From positions 2,368,001-2,432,000 of the forward strand of contig OZ244999.1 in assembly GCA_965223265.1 (NCBI GenBank): a stretch of 64,000 nt of DNA, in the 5' to 3' direction. The stretch is from Planctomycetota bacterium (GTDB taxonomy: Bacteria > Planctomycetota > UBA8108 > SXIK01). Numbering within the stretch: the first letter of the stretch is position 1; the number at the start of each line of letters is the position of its first letter. Positions 39,111 to 50,037 of the stretch are shown piece after piece. The notes below the pieces were generated by a model. It was not told the DNA's origin. It ran no database searches and worked only from the letters and a program-made list of their open reading frames with translations. The translations under genes were made by a program, and so were the position numbers.

Positions 39111-40605
39111 AGATTTCTCGAATCGGCTGGCCCAAGTACACATAGTGCGGTCGTCCGGCGACGTCCTGATAGGTGGAGTTTTCCGGGATCCCAAGGGCGT
39201 CAAAGATCGTCGCGGCGAGATCCTCGGGTGTCTTCGGTAATTCTTTTGGGTGTCCTCCGATGCGGTCGGACGCACCGATGATGCTACCGCCATTGACCCC
39301 AGCACCCGCAAAGAGGACGGACTGGAGCGGTCCCCAGTGGTCTCTCCCTGGGCGCCTTCCAAGAGGTGCAGAGATGCGCGGCGTGCGGCCAAATTCGCCG
39401 GCGAGTACGACGAGCGTCTCGTCCAGGAGTCCATGTGCTGCCATGTCATCCAAGAACGTCGACACGGCGCGGTCGGTGTAAGGCAGCAGAAAGTCTTTGA
39501 GAAGTGGGAACGCTCGACGGTGAAGATCCCACGTGCCGTTGCGTCCAAGGCTGACTTGCACCATGTTGACACCGGCCTCGAGCAGTCGGCGCGTCAGGAG
39601 AAGCGACCAGCCGAACTTATTGCGGCCGTAGGCGTCGAGGACATTCTCTTTTTCATTGCTGAGATCCAGTGCGCGGCGCACGCGCGGCGACGTCAACAGG
39701 GAGACCGCCTGGTCGTGGAACTCGTCGCCGTGTTCTTGGCGACGTTCGGCGTTTTCGGAGAATGTCACGTGCGACTGCTCAAACGCATCGAGGAGCGAGA
39801 GCCGTGAGCCCAAGCGGCCCGGCGACAGCCCACTGGGGAGTCGGAGGTTGGGCGGATCGAACACCGGTCCCGAGACGGTGTGACCGTGCTCGAGACCAAA
39901 GGCAAAGACTGCATCATCATCACCGTCGTTGAAGCAGTCGGGGCACGCGCCCCAGCCAAGGCAGTCCGAGGCTGCCTTCACTAACCAGGGGTCGTGTCGC
40001 GCTCCAAGTCGACCGCCAGTCTGACCTGGGGTGATGCGTCCCGAACCCGATCCTCGTCCGACGTACTCTGGAAGCACCGCTGCGCCGGGAAGTCCACTCC
40101 GTCCCGGTCGATAGTATCCCGCCAGCGCGGCGATGCCGGGTGTGTCGTTGACGTCCGGGTTTTTATCCGCCGGCGTGAGCGAGGGAACCCGCGTGTCGCC
40201 CGACACCATGATTGTCGTGCCGGCGATGTGGTCGTTGCTGTGGTGGTGGAGAGTGCGAAGGATCGCAAAGCGTTGGCTGCGCTGCGCGAGGAGCGGCATG
40301 TGCTCGCAAAGATACATCCCGGGTGTGCGGGTCGGAATGACGCCAAATTCGCCGCGCACTTCCCGCGGCGCATCCGGTTTCGGGTCGAACGTCTCGTGCT
40401 GCGGAGGGCCGCCAGGGAGGAAGATAAACGCGACGTTCTTCGGCCTGCGACGGGGGCTCCGATCGGTGGCGTCGCGGCGCGCGCGATCTTCCGCCAGCAA
40501 TCGGCTGACACCGCTTGACGATAGCCCCAGAAGTCCAAGTCCACCAACCTGGAGCGTTTCACGTCGACTCAATCGCGGGTGTGCGAGTTGCGTAGGATCG
40601 TGCAT
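39103..40605 (-). CDS. DUF1501 domain protein
   Basis: SRRETL Tat-like leader, GGPPQHETFDPKP, WDLH, GEFGRTP, GRDHW. Confidence 0.92.
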   Translation of the reverse strand: MHDPTQLAHPRLSRRETLQVGGLGLLGLSSSGVSRLLAEDRARRDATDRSPRRRPKNVAFIFLPGGPPQHETFDPKPDAPREVRGEFGVIPTRTPGMYLCEHMPLLAQRSQRFAILRTLHHHSNDHIAGTTIMVSGDTRVPSLTPADKNPDVNDTPGIAALAGYYRPGRSGLPGAAVLPEYVGRGSGSGRITPGQTGGRLGARHDPWLVKAASDCLGWGACPDCFNDGDDDAVFAFGLEHGHTVSGPVFDPPNLRLPSGLSPGRLGSRLSLLDAFEQSHVTFSENAERRQEHGDEFHDQAVSLLTSPRVRRALDLSNEKENVLDAYGRNKFGWSLLLTRRLLEAGVNMVQVSLGRNGTWDLHRRAFPLLKDFLLPYTDRAVSTFLDDMAAHGLLDETLVVLAGEFGRTPRISAPLGRRPGRDHWGPLQSVLFAGAGVNGGSIIGASDRIGGHPKELPKTPEDLAATIFDALGIPENSTYQDVAGRPHYVYLGQPIREIYG

Positions 40606-40725
40606 CGCGCCTCTCCGTACTTTAGCAGCCCGATCGACTCACCACGCCACGGATTGTACGCTGACGCCGGGGGGCGATGCATCGTTTTTGTCCGTGAATC
40701 GTCGCGACCGCGCTACGGGCGTAGC

Positions 40726-41035
40726 GTGTGGGTGTGGGGGCGTGGGCGGGGCGTGGGAGTGGGAGTGGGCGAGTGCGTGGGCGTGGGAGTGGGCGAGTGC
40801 GAGTGGGAGTGGGCGAGTAGTGCGAGTGCGAGTGCGAGTGCGTGGGCGAGTGCGAGTGCGAGTGCGTGGGCGTGGGCGTGGGAGTGGGCGTGGGAGTGGG
40901 CGTGGGAGTGGGAGTGGGCGTAGTGGGCGTGGGAGTGGGAGTGGGAGTGGGAGTGGGCGTGGGAGTGGGCGAGAGCGTGGGCGTGTGTGTCTCTGCCTCG
41001 TCATCCGTCTCCGTCTCTGTCTCTGCCCCTGTCCC
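40726..41035 (+). repeat. G-rich hexamer microsatellite (GGGAGT/GGGCGT/GCGAGT) followed by GTCTCT-type hexamers
   Basis: Tandem degenerate 6-mers directly visible. Confidence 0.9.
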
Positions 41036-41323
41036 TCGCGGGACTGACTCCTTCTCAGATGCGGCAAGGACAAGGTTCCCTTGTTCGTTCTCGGACTCGG
41101 AGTATGATGGCCGGAAGTGTCTGCTTGATTTCGAGCAGGTCTCCGTGCGCATCCCACGCACGGATCTCGTCACGAGTTCTCATCACAGCGTTCGCCGACA
41201 ACATGAGGCAGAAGACACGGTGACACTCTATCGAGTGGCTGTTAGCACGACTTGCACTCCCGTTGACGCCGAGTTCGTGCGTCTGTTCGTTGGACGCCAC
41301 CCGACACTTAGTCCGGCGTGCTC

Positions 41324-41761
41324 ATGACGCGGCGCCGCGCAGCCTCGAGGAGGATTACGTGGGTCGTGATGGTTCTTGCGGTGACGGTTTGTGCACTCGC
41401 GACCGTCTCTCTCCGGCGGCCGTTTCTCAAGCGCTGGTTTCTGCAGGAGTTTCGGAGCGCTGAAGGGAACGCGCGAGTCGTCGCTGCACGCAATCTGGCG
41501 AATGTCGCGGGTGTTGGAGACCTGCGAGAAGTTCTGGCTGCCACGGCCGCCCTGCGAGCCCACGATGCCGCTGCGGGACGGTATTGCGATGGCGATTTCT
41601 TTGGGCCGCTTGCAGCATTCGTCAAACCAGCCGAGCGCGCGTTCGCGATCGAGACGCTGAACGAAGCCCTTGAAGACGGGGATTCCAACGTTCGTTTCGC
41701 AGCTGCGCACCTCATTTGGAATCTGCTTTCGTCGCCGAGCTCGGTGCACGGGGCCGATTGA
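41324..41761 (+). CDS. Small membrane-anchored HEAT-repeat protein
   Basis: N-terminal hydrophobic helix; ARVVAARNL and LEDGDSNVRFAAAHL. Confidence 0.6.
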   Translation: MTRRRAASRRITWVVMVLAVTVCALATVSLRRPFLKRWFLQEFRSAEGNARVVAARNLANVAGVGDLREVLAATAALRAHDAAAGRYCDGDFFGPLAAFVKPAERAFAIETLNEALEDGDSNVRFAAAHLIWNLLSSPSSVHGAD

Positions 41762-41873
41762 GGTCCAGGAACAGTCCCCGTATGAGCGAAGTCCGAAGCC
41801 CGAGAAAGTCCGTTGTCAGCGGTAGAGATGCGAATCTGTCGCTCCCTGCGACGGACGCTAGCGCTAGGCTCTA

Positions 41874-43271
41874 CTACGCGATGATGCCGCGCACCACTTC
41901 GCCGTAGACGTCCGTGAGGCGAAAGTCTCGCCCGGCATAGCGATACGTCAGGCGCTCGTGATCGATTCCGAGTAGGTGCAGGATCGTGGCGTGGAGATCG
42001 TGGACGTGCACTTTCTTCTGCACTGCCGCGAAGCCGAAGTCGTCGGTCTCGCCATAGGTCATGCCGCCGCGTACACCGCCTCCTGCCATCCACATAGTGA
42101 ATCCCCAGTGGTTGTGGTCACGCCCGTTGCCATTTTCGGAGACTGGTGTGCGACCAAACTCGCCTCCCCACATGACCAGCGTCTCCTCGAGCAGCCCGCG
42201 TTCCTTCAGATCGTTCAGCAGTGCAGCCATCGGTCGATCGATGTCGCGCGCGAGCTTACGCACGCGGGCGTTGTGGTCATTGTGCGTATCCCACGGCTGA
42301 CCGTCGCCGTAGTAGAGCTGAGTGAAGCGAACGCCACGCTCGGCGAGGCGGCGCGCTAAGAGACAGCCGTTCGCGAAGTGGCCTGTGCCATAACGCGCTC
42401 GCACTTCCGCGGGCTCGCGCGCGATGTCGAAAGCTTCGCTGGCTTCGAACTGCATGCGGAATGCTGTTTCCATCGCTTCGATTCGCGCGCTGAGAGCATC
42501 GTCTTGACCGCGCTGCGCGAGGTGCTCTTGATTGATCGCTTGCAGCAGATCAAGTTGCCGTCGCTGCTCCTGTCGATCGAGCGTCGGATTGCGAAGAAAC
42601 GGCACGAGCTTTTCGGGAGCGAGTTTCGAATGGTTGATATAGGTGCCTTGATGCCGCCGCGGTAGAAACGAGCTTGTCCACAGGAGGGGAAACTCGACCG
42701 GTCTGCCTGGGCAGAGTGCCACGAACCCGGGCAGATCTCGATTCTCGGTGCCGAGCCCATAGGAGAGCCAGGAACCCATTGACGGCGCAGTCGGCGCGAT
42801 GGTGCCGTTGTTGATCAAGAACATCGCGGGGTTGTGATTCGGATTGTCGCTGTGACAAGAGCGAATGACGCAGACGTCATCGATGCACTTGGCGAACTCC
42901 GGCAATAGCTCCGAGACTTCGAGGCTGCTTTCGCCGTGCCGTGCATAGGCAAACGGCGATGGCAAAAGTCCGCCGGTGACGCGTTCGGTGCGCAGGTCAG
43001 CGCCGGGCGGCCGCTTGCCGGCGTACTTCTTGAGCGCTGGCTTGGGATCGAGGAAGTCCGCCTGAAACGGACCACCGTTCATGAACAGGTGGATGACGCG
43101 TTTGGCGCGCGGAGCGAAGTGCGGCCCTGGCGTTCCGGTAGTGACGGCGCCGCTAAGAATGTCGTCGCCGAAGGCCGCAGCGATTCCGAGAGCTGCAGTG
43201 CTACCTCCGAGTCGTTGGATGAGCTCGCGTCGAGAAAGAGCTCGAACACTACGCTGCGCTGGATCCGTCAT
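41874..43271 (-). CDS. DUF1501 domain protein
   Basis: AKRVIHLFMNGGP, WDTH, GEFGRTP, GRDHN, HVHDLHATILHLLG. Confidence 0.93.
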   Translation of the reverse strand: MTDPAQRSVRALSRRELIQRLGGSTAALGIAAAFGDDILSGAVTTGTPGPHFAPRAKRVIHLFMNGGPFQADFLDPKPALKKYAGKRPPGADLRTERVTGGLLPSPFAYARHGESSLEVSELLPEFAKCIDDVCVIRSCHSDNPNHNPAMFLINNGTIAPTAPSMGSWLSYGLGTENRDLPGFVALCPGRPVEFPLLWTSSFLPRRHQGTYINHSKLAPEKLVPFLRNPTLDRQEQRRQLDLLQAINQEHLAQRGQDDALSARIEAMETAFRMQFEASEAFDIAREPAEVRARYGTGHFANGCLLARRLAERGVRFTQLYYGDGQPWDTHNDHNARVRKLARDIDRPMAALLNDLKERGLLEETLVMWGGEFGRTPVSENGNGRDHNHWGFTMWMAGGGVRGGMTYGETDDFGFAAVQKKVHVHDLHATILHLLGIDHERLTYRYAGRDFRLTDVYGEVVRGIIA

Positions 43272-43346
43272 GAGACTCTTTGCATCCTGTGATCGTTCGC
43301 TGCGCCGTTGATGGGCGGTGGTGTTTGAAACGCCCTCATGATCGAC

Positions 43347-45854
43347 TCAGTCGACAAATGCGAACTCGTTGCTTGCCAGCAAAGCCTGCAGATACTGCTG
43401 CCATGTTGTAGAGACTTCTGCTGCGTGTTGAGACCCAGTACGATTCTCGGCGCCGACGAAAACCCGTGCCAGGCGAATCTGCTGGGCTGTTGCGCGTCGC
43501 CCGAAGAGCCACAAGTACACCTGGCGTACCTTCTCGTCCGTCGTGGGAAGGCCGCGACGCGTGAGGCGGTCGTGGAGGTGACGAGCATGGGAGCGAATGA
43601 AGGGGCTGTTGAGGACGAACAGCTGCTGAACCGGTGTTGTCGTCGGTTCGCGGCGCGGGCTGTGGCCGGCGGGATCGGGAAAGTCGTGTAGCCGTAACAT
43701 CGTGTCGAGCTCGCGTCGGTCGATCAAACCGTATAGGGTGCGGCGGCGATTCTCGTCGGTGCTGAGCGCTTTCGGGGCGCCGCCGACCTGGAGATCAAGG
43801 CGACCGCTGGCGGCGAGTGCGGCGTCGCGCCACGACTCGAACTCGAGGCGGCGACGATTCATTCGCCAGAGCAGGCGATTCTCTGGATCGATTGCGAAGC
43901 TGTCGGAATGCATCCGGCTCGATTGCTGATAGGTCGCCGACAGCATGATCGTTCGGTGAAGCCATTTTAGGGACCAACCGCTGGCGATGAAGCGCGCTGC
44001 GAGATGGTCCAGAAGCTCGGGATGCGACGGCCGCGACCCCTGGGTGCCAAAATTGCTTGTTGTGGCGACGATGCCGCGGCCGAAGTGTTCGCCCCAGATG
44101 CGGTTGACGATCACCCGCGCCGTCAGCGGGGCGGCATCGTCGACGATCGCGTCGGCAAGCTCTCGGCGGCCGCTGCCTTGTGTGAAGCTGCGGCGGGGTC
44201 CTGTCGAGAGCACCGAAATGAAACCGCGCGGCACCGTCTCGCCGAGCTTCGTTGGGTCGCCGCGCAGGTGGACGCGCAGGTCTCGAGGTTCGCCCTTGCG
44301 ATACTCGATCTTCGTTCGGTTGGGGCCGTTGGCGAGGACGTGAATGCTCGACTCTTCGACCGCCGCTGCGAGCGGCAGGTCATAGTCTGCTACGGAGCGT
44401 TTCGCCGCATCGATTTCTGCGTTGATTTCGCGCCGGCGCTTCTCCTCCGACTCGCTGCGCGCTTTCTTCTCCTGAAGGCCTTGGCGCTCTTTGGTGAGTC
44501 GCGCAACGGTTTCGCGTGCTGCTTGGATCGGTTGCCAGCGCTCGTCCGAGACGATGGGGCGATCTTTCATCCGCGTGCTGGCAACGACGCCAGCGAGCGC
44601 GTAGTAGTCGGTCGTCTTGATCGGATCGAACTTGTGGTCGTGACAACGGGCGCACGCTAGTGTTAGCCCGAGAAACGTGCGACCGATCGTGTCGACGCGT
44701 TCCTCCCACTCTTCGGCGACAACGCCTTTGACGAGCGAGTTGTCGAGTTTGAGCTCCTTCCAGTATGTGGGGCTCAGGCCCAGGAGGCCGAGTGCGGGGT
44801 GGTCCTCCGGTCCGGTGCTCGGTAGAAGGTCGGTCGCAAGCTGTCGTGTGATGAACTCGTCGTAAGGCACATCGGCGTTGAAAGCACTGACGACCCAGTC
44901 GCGGTAGAGCCACGGCGACGCCTGGCTACCGTCCCAGCCTGCCAAGCGATCTGTGTAGCGGGCCTTGTCCAGCCAAAAGCGCGCCCAGCGTTCACCATAC
45001 TGATTCGTGGCCAGAAGACGATCGATCAGGCGTGTGTAAGCGTCGGGGGACTCGTCGCTGACGAACGCGGCGACATCTTCGGGAGTTGGCGGTAGACCGA
45101 TGAGGTCGAACGTCGCGCGTCTTAGGAGCGAGGCGCGATCCGCCCTCGGGGAAGGCTTGAGGCCGGCAGCTTCAAGCTTGGCGAGAATAAACGTGTCGAT
45201 GGGGTCGGCCACCGCGTCGATGTTTTGTACCGTCGGCGACGAGGCGCGGATGAGTGGACGCATCGACCAAAAGTCTCGCCCCTCTTCGATCGACATTCCT
45301 GCTAGCGGAGCTGACCCGGAGAGCTCGCGCTCGCGTGGATCTGGAAGGCCAAGCTTCACCCACTTCTTGATGAGAGCGACATCGTTCTCGGAGAGCTTTC
45401 CAGACGGCGGCATTTGGAGATCCGCGTCTTCGTAGCTGACCGCTGCGACGAGCAGGCTCTGGTCGGGGGAGCCGGGTAGGACGGCGGGTCCGCGACTGCC
45501 CCCCTCGAGAAGACCAGCGCGATGATCGAGCTGCAGCCCGCCGCGCGATTTCTTCGCGCTGGCCGAGTGGCAGCCGTAGCAGTGCTCGACCAGTAGCGGG
45601 CGAATGTCGGACTCAAAGAACTCGAGCTGCTCAGCGCCGAACTCAGGGGAGGCGGCGGTCGCGGGCGCCCTAACCATGAGCGAACCGGCGCTGGTGAGGA
45701 GTGCGGCGACGGCGCAGATGCCGCTGAGACTCGCTGGCCTGGCTAAACGCCGCTGGCCGCTTGGGGGTCTGGTCGTTCGGGGCCAGACGGTTCGCGCGAG
45801 AAGTGTCATGTGCTCCTGAAGCAAAGTGGACTGTGTCTTCGTCCGTCCCATCAT
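43347..45854 (-). CDS. Planctomycete cytochrome c / DUF1549 / DUF1553 protein
   Basis: CYGCH, LRRATFDLIGLPP, CARCHDHKFDP, PSHPELLD; start uncertain. Confidence 0.92.
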   Translation of the reverse strand: MMGRTKTQSTLLQEHMTLLARTVWPRTTRPPSGQRRLARPASLSGICAVAALLTSAGSLMVRAPATAASPEFGAEQLEFFESDIRPLLVEHCYGCHSASAKKSRGGLQLDHRAGLLEGGSRGPAVLPGSPDQSLLVAAVSYEDADLQMPPSGKLSENDVALIKKWVKLGLPDPRERELSGSAPLAGMSIEEGRDFWSMRPLIRASSPTVQNIDAVADPIDTFILAKLEAAGLKPSPRADRASLLRRATFDLIGLPPTPEDVAAFVSDESPDAYTRLIDRLLATNQYGERWARFWLDKARYTDRLAGWDGSQASPWLYRDWVVSAFNADVPYDEFITRQLATDLLPSTGPEDHPALGLLGLSPTYWKELKLDNSLVKGVVAEEWEERVDTIGRTFLGLTLACARCHDHKFDPIKTTDYYALAGVVASTRMKDRPIVSDERWQPIQAARETVARLTKERQGLQEKKARSESEEKRRREINAEIDAAKRSVADYDLPLAAAVEESSIHVLANGPNRTKIEYRKGEPRDLRVHLRGDPTKLGETVPRGFISVLSTGPRRSFTQGSGRRELADAIVDDAAPLTARVIVNRIWGEHFGRGIVATTSNFGTQGSRPSHPELLDHLAARFIASGWSLKWLHRTIMLSATYQQSSRMHSDSFAIDPENRLLWRMNRRRLEFESWRDAALAASGRLDLQVGGAPKALSTDENRRRTLYGLIDRRELDTMLRLHDFPDPAGHSPRREPTTTPVQQLFVLNSPFIRSHARHLHDRLTRRGLPTTDEKVRQVYLWLFGRRATAQQIRLARVFVGAENRTGSQHAAEVSTTWQQYLQALLASNEFAFVD

Positions 45855-46059
45855 GGACGGACGTCACGGCCGCTTCAAGAGCGAACACGGGCTCTTCAGG
45901 AGCGACGGGGCGCTCGCGGAAAGCTGGTTGCCGACAGATCGCGACAAGCAAGGCGCGCCCAGCGCAAGGTGGGCACAGTCGAGATGCAAACGAGCGCGCT
46001 GTTTTGAGAGCAGCGCGCTCGCGTGGTTTAAACTTGAAACTAACTCAGAAGGATCGTGG

Positions 46060-46692
46060 TTACGACTTGGGCAGGGCCTTGCGGCGACGGCGCAGACCCA
46101 GGCCGACCGCCGCGGCGCCAAATCCCAAGAGCAGCATCGATCCTGGCTCCGGAGTCGACAAGCCGCCGCCACCGCCGAGCGGGGCGTATTCGTACTTGAA
46201 GTTGTCGATCGAAAACGTCGAGCCGTGGTTATGGATCAGCACGTAACCGATCTTCTCGTTCGATTCCCAGCCGAGAAACCCTTCGCCCATGACGCCGATG
46301 CCGTCGTCTTCGGAGTCGTACAACTTGACGCCGTTTTCGTCGAAGACTTCGAGGTAGACGTCGCTGACGTTGACGTTGTAGTCGAAGCCGATGCGGTTAG
46401 CATCGACACCGCTAAGGTCAACCTTGATCGTGCCCGTGACACCGACCACCGCAATTGGCTGCAGGCTGTCGCTGCCGTCGTTGAGCACGTGGAGAATGGA
46501 GCCGTTGACGGCCTCAAACGTCACCGATCCCGATCCGAACGAGGCGTAGAGCCCGAGACTGATGTCTTCGAAGTTGATCGTTGTGGCTCCAGCGAAACTG
46601 CTATCGTCGTACAGCAATCCGGCATGGGCTTTCGGCGCCGAGAAAGCAAGTGCTAGAAGCGTTGCACAAGCACAAAAAGAAAGGCGGTTCAT
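46060..46692 (-). CDS. PEP-CTERM sorting domain protein
   Basis: Signal peptide; C-terminal TPEPGSMLLLGFGAAAVGLGLRRRRK. Confidence 0.9.
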   Translation of the reverse strand: MNRLSFCACATLLALAFSAPKAHAGLLYDDSSFAGATTINFEDISLGLYASFGSGSVTFEAVNGSILHVLNDGSDSLQPIAVVGVTGTIKVDLSGVDANRIGFDYNVNVSDVYLEVFDENGVKLYDSEDDGIGVMGEGFLGWESNEKIGYVLIHNHGSTFSIDNFKYEYAPLGGGGGLSTPEPGSMLLLGFGAAAVGLGLRRRRKALPKS

Positions 46693-47110
46693 GGCTGCCT
46701 CCTGAAGTTCCTTACGCGTCACTCACGTCAATATCGTTTGAGCTTCTGACCCCGTAGAACCCCCTGCGGGTTCTCCAACCAACGCCGTTAGGCTATCAAA
46801 ACCCGACAAGATTGCTACTCAAAAAACCTACCGCGCGCCGACTTTTTCCAGAAAGAGGGCGAGGAGTGAACAAAGACCAAACAAATGAGCACCGCGGCGC
46901 CCGCCGGGTTCCAGCGTGGCGCGTTGTTGTCAAGTTTGACCGCAGCAACGATATAACGTCTCGGATGGATCTCGAGCGCGCGCCTTCGTCCGGATGGCGC
47001 GAAGCGCGTCGAGGGCAGCTCGAAGAGCCATCCCCATTGACGACCGATTCGGGCATGATGAAGGTCGGGCCGACAAGGACTCAGACCGATTCAAGTCAGG
47101 AGAAAGCATC

Positions 47111-48337
47111 ATGCACCGTCGTCAGTTTCTCAGATCGGCTGCGCTCGCTGTCGCCGGCGCGCCTGTGTGGATGGCGTCGTTCCCCAGTCGCTTGTGGGCC
47201 AAAATCCCCAAAATTAAGATCACCGGGCTCAAGACTCTGATCGTCGAGGATGAGGTCTACTTGAAGATCTTCACCGACCAGGGCGTCGTCGGCGAAGGAC
47301 ACGCGACCGTGCACAGAAAGTCGCGGACGTGCGAGACTGCGGTCCAGGATCTGGAACGGGTGATCGTTGGAGAGGATCCGACGCGGATCGAGTTTCTCTG
47401 GCAAGCGATGTACCGTTGGCCTCGTTGGCGAGGCGGGCCGGTTCTGAACGCAGCGATCAGCGGCGTCGACCTGGCGCTGTGGGACATTCTCGGCAAGCTG
47501 CTCGATGCGCCGATCTGGCGACTGCTCGGAGGTGCAGCCCGCCAGCGTGTTCGGCTTTACATCCATGGTAGCGGCCGTCAGGGGGTGCGCCGCGCGAAGG
47601 AGCTCGGTTACACCGCCATCAAAACGTCGCCCTACGTCATCGATGAGATTGACGGCCGGCGCACGATCAAGCGGCCGTGGAATTTGAAGCGGGCTGTGAA
47701 AATCATCGAGGAGATGCGCGACGAGGCCGGCGATGACTTTGACATTCTGGTCGATGCGCATGGGCTCCTGACTCCCGTGATGGCGCTCGAGTTCGCGAAA
47801 GCGATTGAGCCCTTCCGGATCATGTTTCTTGAGGAGCCGATTCAGCTCGAAGGTAATGACGCCCTCGAATGGCTCGGCAGGCAAACGACCGTGCCGCTTG
47901 CCACCGGCGAGCGCCACACAACGAAGTGGATGTTCGAGGATCTCATCAGTCGTCACCTCGTCAGTTACGTGCAGCCTGACGTGATCCAGTGTGGCGGCAT
48001 CACCGAAATCAAGAAGATCGCCGCCATGGCCGAAGCCCAGTTCATCGAGGTGGCGCCGCACTGTCCTGGCAACTTTTCGACCGGTCTGGGCTTGGCGTCG
48101 CTCCACGTCAGTGGGTCGTCGCCGAGCTGTGTGATTCAGGAGTCGCAGCCGAACCCGACAGGTGCGCGCCTGGATCTCTTCAGCGGCCGGACCGTGAAGA
48201 TCACCGATGGCTACGCCGAGCTGCCGCCGTGGCCCGGTTTGGGGCTCAAGCTCGACGAGAATGTAGCGAAGAAGTTTCCGGCGCAGAACCCCAATCCGAA
48301 GGTTTACTTTGAAGATGGATCAGTAGCGGACTATTGA
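47111..48337 (+). CDS. Mandelate racemase/galactonate dehydratase-like enolase-superfamily enzyme with Tat leader
   Basis: MHRRQFL; AISGVDLALWDILGK, VDAH, LEEP, TGER, QPD, APH. Confidence 0.88.
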   Translation: MHRRQFLRSAALAVAGAPVWMASFPSRLWAKIPKIKITGLKTLIVEDEVYLKIFTDQGVVGEGHATVHRKSRTCETAVQDLERVIVGEDPTRIEFLWQAMYRWPRWRGGPVLNAAISGVDLALWDILGKLLDAPIWRLLGGAARQRVRLYIHGSGRQGVRRAKELGYTAIKTSPYVIDEIDGRRTIKRPWNLKRAVKIIEEMRDEAGDDFDILVDAHGLLTPVMALEFAKAIEPFRIMFLEEPIQLEGNDALEWLGRQTTVPLATGERHTTKWMFEDLISRHLVSYVQPDVIQCGGITEIKKIAAMAEAQFIEVAPHCPGNFSTGLGLASLHVSGSSPSCVIQESQPNPTGARLDLFSGRTVKITDGYAELPPWPGLGLKLDENVAKKFPAQNPNPKVYFEDGSVADY

Positions 48338-48360
48338 GTGGTGGCGAACTCTTGACCGAC

Positions 48361-48715
48361 TCACGCCGCGGGGCTGAGTGTTTTTTAAAACGTGCCGTCG
48401 CAGCTCACGGTCACGGTCCACGGTCAGTTCACGTCCGGAACGGCACACGGGCTGCCGGAACCGCACTCAACTTACCCGGCGAGCACGATCTTCAAAAGGG
48501 TACAGCCGTGTGCCTGCTACTATAAAGACGTCGCCAACACGATCTTCAAAGTAGTAGGCACACTCCCGTGTGCCGTTTCGGCATTGAGCGCCAAGCGTGA
48601 CCGTGAGTTACGCTGGAGCGCTCCAAGAAGTTCACAGCCTCGCCGTGTGCCGTTCCGGAGGTGAGCGTGAGCTTCGACGGCCCGCTCAAAACTCACAACC
48701 TCGGCATGTGTTCGC
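48361..48715. repeat. REP/BIME-like cluster
   Basis: GTAG(C/T)AGGCACAC..GTGTGCCG palindromes and TGACCGTGAG units; left arm inverted relative to right arm; related copy near 60105-60195. Confidence 0.7.
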
Positions 48716-48915
48716 TTGGGCGCTCGGCGGCGATTGGCACGGTTCCGTCTTGATCGACTCTGCTTTGCGGTTAAGTTGTGGCAGGTTGCGGCCGATTCCA
48801 TCGTCGCTGTCTGCACCGTCCGGTGAGCGTCGGGTGATCTCGCCATCCTGCCATTTTCGAGCACCGTCGGCCGCAGAGATTCCGTCGGCCCCAAGGAAGA
48901 GCTAGCCAAAACAAC

Positions 48916-50037
48916 ATGTTTGCGGATCAACTCGGAACACTCGCAGGAAAGTCGATTTTCGTTACCGGACATACTGGGTTCAAGGGGTCGTGGCTGTGTC
49001 TTTGGCTCTCGAAGCTCGGAGCTCGGGTGACTGGGTATGCACTCGAGCCGCCAACGCAGCCGAACCATTTCACCGAAGCCAACCTCGTCGAGTTGCTCGA
49101 GAATCACCACATCGCCGACCTGCGCGATCTACCGACACTACAGGCCGCAATCGAGGCCGCGAAGCCCGACGTCATCTTGCACCTCGCGGCGCAGTCGGTG
49201 GTTCGTACCGGCTTCGAGATCCCACGCGAGACGTTCGAAGTCAACACGATCGGAACTGTGAACGTCCTCGAGGCGGTTCGGGTGCTCGGTCATGCCTGCG
49301 CGATCGTCTGCATCACGAGCGACAAGTGCTACGAGAACGTCGAGCAGGTGTGGGGCTATCGAGAGATCGATGCCATGGGCGAACACGATCCCTATGGCGG
49401 CAGTAAGGGGGCTGCCGAGCTCGCGATTCGATCCTACCGGCACTCGTTCTTTCACCCGGAGGCGCTCCCCAAGCACGGTGTCAAGCTCGCTAGTGCGCGC
49501 GCCGGCAACGTCATCGGCGGCGGCGATTGGACGAAGGACGCGCTGATCCCCGACATCGTCGCGGCGGTCATTGAGGGGAAGCCGATTCAGATCCGCTACC
49601 CGAGTGCTCTGAGGCCGTGGCAACACGTCCTCCAGGCGCTGAGTGGCTACTTGGTCCTCGCCGCGAAACTGCTCACAACGGATGACAAACGCTTCATGGA
49701 TGGCTTCAACTTCGGGCCGCTACCGGGAAATGAGATCCCAGTGCGGGATGTCGTCGATGAATTCTGCCGAGAGTGGGGCAGTGGGACTTGGGAAGCGGAG
49801 TCGAACGTCGACCATCCGCACGAGTCGCAGGTGTTGCGCTTGGCCGTCGATAAAGCGTTGTGGACTCTCGGGTGGAAACCCGGGTGGCCGGTGCGCGAGT
49901 CGCTCCGCCAGACAGCGAGCTGGTTTAAACAGTGGAACGAGGGTGACGCCGACATGCGTTCCGTCGGCCGGTCGCAGATCGAGAGCTACGAGACGTTCGT
50001 CGACCGGATCGACGATGTGACGCGGCAACCTGTTTGA
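48916..50037 (+). CDS. rfbG: CDP-glucose 4,6-dehydratase
   Basis: VTGHTGFKGSW, TSDKCY, DPYGGSK, RAGNVIGGGDW, RPWQHV. Confidence 0.92.
   Translation: MFADQLGTLAGKSIFVTGHTGFKGSWLCLWLSKLGARVTGYALEPPTQPNHFTEANLVELLENHHIADLRDLPTLQAAIEAAKPDVILHLAAQSVVRTGFEIPRETFEVNTIGTVNVLEAVRVLGHACAIVCITSDKCYENVEQVWGYREIDAMGEHDPYGGSKGAAELAIRSYRHSFFHPEALPKHGVKLASARAGNVIGGGDWTKDALIPDIVAAVIEGKPIQIRYPSALRPWQHVLQALSGYLVLAAKLLTTDDKRFMDGFNFGPLPGNEIPVRDVVDEFCREWGSGTWEAESNVDHPHESQVLRLAVDKALWTLGWKPGWPVRESLRQTASWFKQWNEGDADMRSVGRSQIESYETFVDRIDDVTRQPV

Noticed and set aside
40579-41327. ORFs encoding (PT)n, (GV)n, (WE/WA)n or (RP/LP)n
   Set aside because: Open frames are an automatic result of stop-free hexamer repeats; no RBS or domain support
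48361-48715. CRISPR array
   Set aside because: Units are degenerate, in both orientations, lack unique regular spacers, and no cas genes are present
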